Origin: Moniliella sp. 'wahieum'
Taxonomy: Eukaryota
Direction of reading: 5' to 3'
Assembly (NCBI GenBank): GCA_003971905.1
Contig: RSEE01000049.1
Location: 62,001 to 126,000, forward strand
DNA length: 64,000 nt
Shown here: positions 57,693 through 64,000 of the stretch, piece after piece
How positions within the stretch are numbered: position 1 is the stretch's first letter
How the letters are laid out: every line of letters starts with the position of its first letter
Notes under the pieces: generated by a model
Database searches by the model: none
Told to the model about the DNA's origin: nothing
The model's input: only the letters and a program-made list of their open reading frames with translations
Position numbers and translations under genes: made by a program

Positions 57693-58969
57693 TCAAGATT
57701 GGGCGCACTGGACCTGCGGTCCCGCGCCACCATCTTCGTCCTCATCCATGTCAACGTCACCGTTGGTCGCCCTGGCATTCCGTTCCTCCCGTTCGTCCAT
57801 TTTCTCCATGACCACAGGCTCGAGGTCAATGTCATTGCCCACCTTTTCCGGCGCAATACGAGGCGGCAGCGCCTTGTCCAAAAACGCAATCTTGTCTTCC
57901 GGGATCGAGTCGGGGAAGGTGACCGATACGTTGACGTACAGGTCGCCCATCTCGTGGTGTCGGTACGAAGGCATGCCCTGCCCACGCAACACCTTGGTCT
58001 CCCCGGGTTTCACCACCTCCCCGCGCGGGATCTCAATTGCCAACGCATGGTCATCCAGATGGGGAATGTTGATCTGTCCACCACCGAGGGCGGTGAGGAG
58101 GTCAATTTGCACATCGGTCATGAGGTCGTTCTTTCTCCGCTTGAAGCGGGGGTGAGGCTTCTCTTCCACCACAATCACCACGTCGCCCGGGATGGTGTTG
58201 GGAGCTTGGTCTGCTTCCTCTTTGAAAGTGATCTGTTGACCATCTTCCATGCCCTTGTCGATTCGCACCTCGAGCACCTTACGCTCCTGCGTAACCTTTT
58301 TGCCATTGCACACCTTGCACTTGTTCTTGGGGTCAATCTGCTCGCCTGTGCCTTGACAGTCGGGGCAGGTCTGCTGCAGCTGTTGGATCATCGGGCCCAT
58401 CTGGCGCATGACAAACTTGACTCCTTGTCCGTGGCAGCCGGGCAAGACTGGACCGCGCCCTCCTTGCCGCCCAGGCCGTGGCAAGCATGGCAAATGACGT
58501 GCTTCTGCAACGCCAGCTTGGTCGTCTTGCCATTGTATAATTCCTCGAGGGTGACCTTGACGCGATGCACCAAGTCTTTGCCCTTTCGTGGGCCCTGCGG
58601 CCGGCCTGATCCAGCACCAAACATGCCGCCACGACCACCAAAGAGCTGGGAGAAGAGGTCGGGGGCCATGCCGCCCATGCCGCGCCGCCGTCCTGAGACC
58701 CTGCTCGCCAAAGCGGTCGTAGAGGTCGCGCTTGTCGGGGTCGGACAGGACGTCGTAGGCAGAGGTGATCTCTTTGAACAGCTCGGGGTCACGCCCTTGT
58801 CCGGGTGGGCAGAGAGGGCCTTTTTGCGGTAGGCCTTCTTGAGCTCGGCCTCGGACGCGCCGGGAGCGACACCGAGAATGTCGTACAGTTTGGTTTCCCT
58901 GCAGGCGGGTGTCAGTACTCAGTACTCAGTGGCGCATGCGGAGGAAGGAGGAGGGACTCACTTGGCCAT
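57693..58969 (-). CDS. YDJ1: Type I Hsp40 / DnaJ (Ydj1/Mas5-like), farnesylated
   Basis: [26 protein letters not shown]-domain, G/F region, four CxxCxGxG repeats, [17 protein letters not shown] and a C-terminal CaaX (CAQS). Intron 58899-58961. Confidence 0.95.
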
Positions 58970-59747
58970 GGCGGGGCAGCAGGCGGGGGGTATACGGGGG
59001 GTGGGGGTGGGCGTGCGGGAGAGGAAAAAGTTGCGGCAGGAGTAGTGTGGGCCGGGCGGAAGCGAGGGCTGCGGACCAAGACGGGCGGAGGAGGGGCGCT
59101 GGGCGCGGGCGCAGGCAGCGGCGGCATGTGCCTGCATGCTGCATGCGCCCGACACCGCGCCGCCCGCCGCGAGGGGGTCCAGTGAGCATCACCCGTCCCA
59201 CTCGCCCGCAGCACGACGAAGAGGCGGCAGCCACGCGGCACAGCCCCCGTGCCCGCTTTCCTCCCTGCCGCCACTGCTTCGGCCAGCTTCCAGCCGCCCA
59301 CGGCCGCCCACACGGCCAGTGTCCCCTGCCGCCAGTTGCCGCCATCGACCATCTGTTGTCTCCTCCGGCCTCCCGGCCCCGAGTTTCAGCCACCAGAGTG
59401 GTCACGTGCCATTCGCCGGGAGCGGCATGCGCTCACATGTCCCTCGGCGCCGCTGTTCCGCTACGGGACCATGCCGATCCGGGAGCCCCCCAGGGCGTCT
59501 GATGCTCTCACCTGTTACCTGTCGCAGTGGCATGTCGCGTGGCTCTCCTGCCCTTCCCCATGGCCGCCGCTCTCATTTCTCCCCGGCCGGGAACCCTCGT
59601 CTACCTTCTCACGATCCCCCTGATCTACCAACTCCAACCAGACATTTGCAGTGACTAGTGACGGAAGCACATGCCATCACATGCATACACAGAACAGCAA
59701 TCAAACCCATAGGAAACTTGCGACAAGACAAGATGATTTATCAATCA

Positions 59748-64000
<4,253 letters not shown>

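Noticed and set aside
57645..58832. 395-aa plus-strand ORF, and similar antisense ORFs at 25339-26556, 28669-29580 and 49605-50738
   Set aside because: They overlap well-supported genes on the opposite strand and are an expected by-product of GC-rich codon usage.
4846..58928. Restriction-site clusters (HindIII, SpeI, StuI, ClaI, MluI, AgeI etc.) as synthetic polylinker or vector contamination
   Set aside because: The sites are dispersed over about 55 kb, embedded in degenerate natural-looking patches, mostly of the A-N4-T class, and one array lies inside a spliceosomal intron. No vector features are present.

Overview
This is eukaryotic fungal DNA. It is most likely a GC-rich, intron-poor basidiomycete (inferred from short GT..CTRAC..YAG introns, intron-containing tRNAs and gene content). 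Almost every gene is split by 1-bp frameshifts, often at homopolymers, which points to an unpolished long-read assembly rather than pseudogenes. Recognisable genes are a hexose transporter, an Mch1-like MFS, two DHA1 MFS drug:H+ antiporters, a nucleolar FKBP (Fpr3/4), vigilin/Scp160, a GT90/CAP10-family glycosyltransferase, a bHLH factor, Srp40/Nopp140, an Amt/Mep ammonium transporter, an Mss4-like PIP5K, Trs23, Ydj1 and a partial Yor1-like ABCC transporter. There are four intron-containing tRNAs (Asp-GTC, Ile-AAT, Ala-CGC, Pro-TGG). Repeats include two ~157-bp solo LTRs each with its own 5-bp target-site duplication, a second dispersed ~185-bp repeat family and several minisatellites. The most unusual signal is non-coding. 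Intergenic and promoter DNA is full of a 7-bp lattice, TGA/TCA-(self-complementary 4-mer)-TGA/TCA. All 16 possible palindromic 4-mers occur in it, and different 4-mers alternate within one array while the 7-bp register is kept, which simple microsatellite slippage does not readily explain. Gene boundaries were stitched by eye across frameshifts and are approximate.
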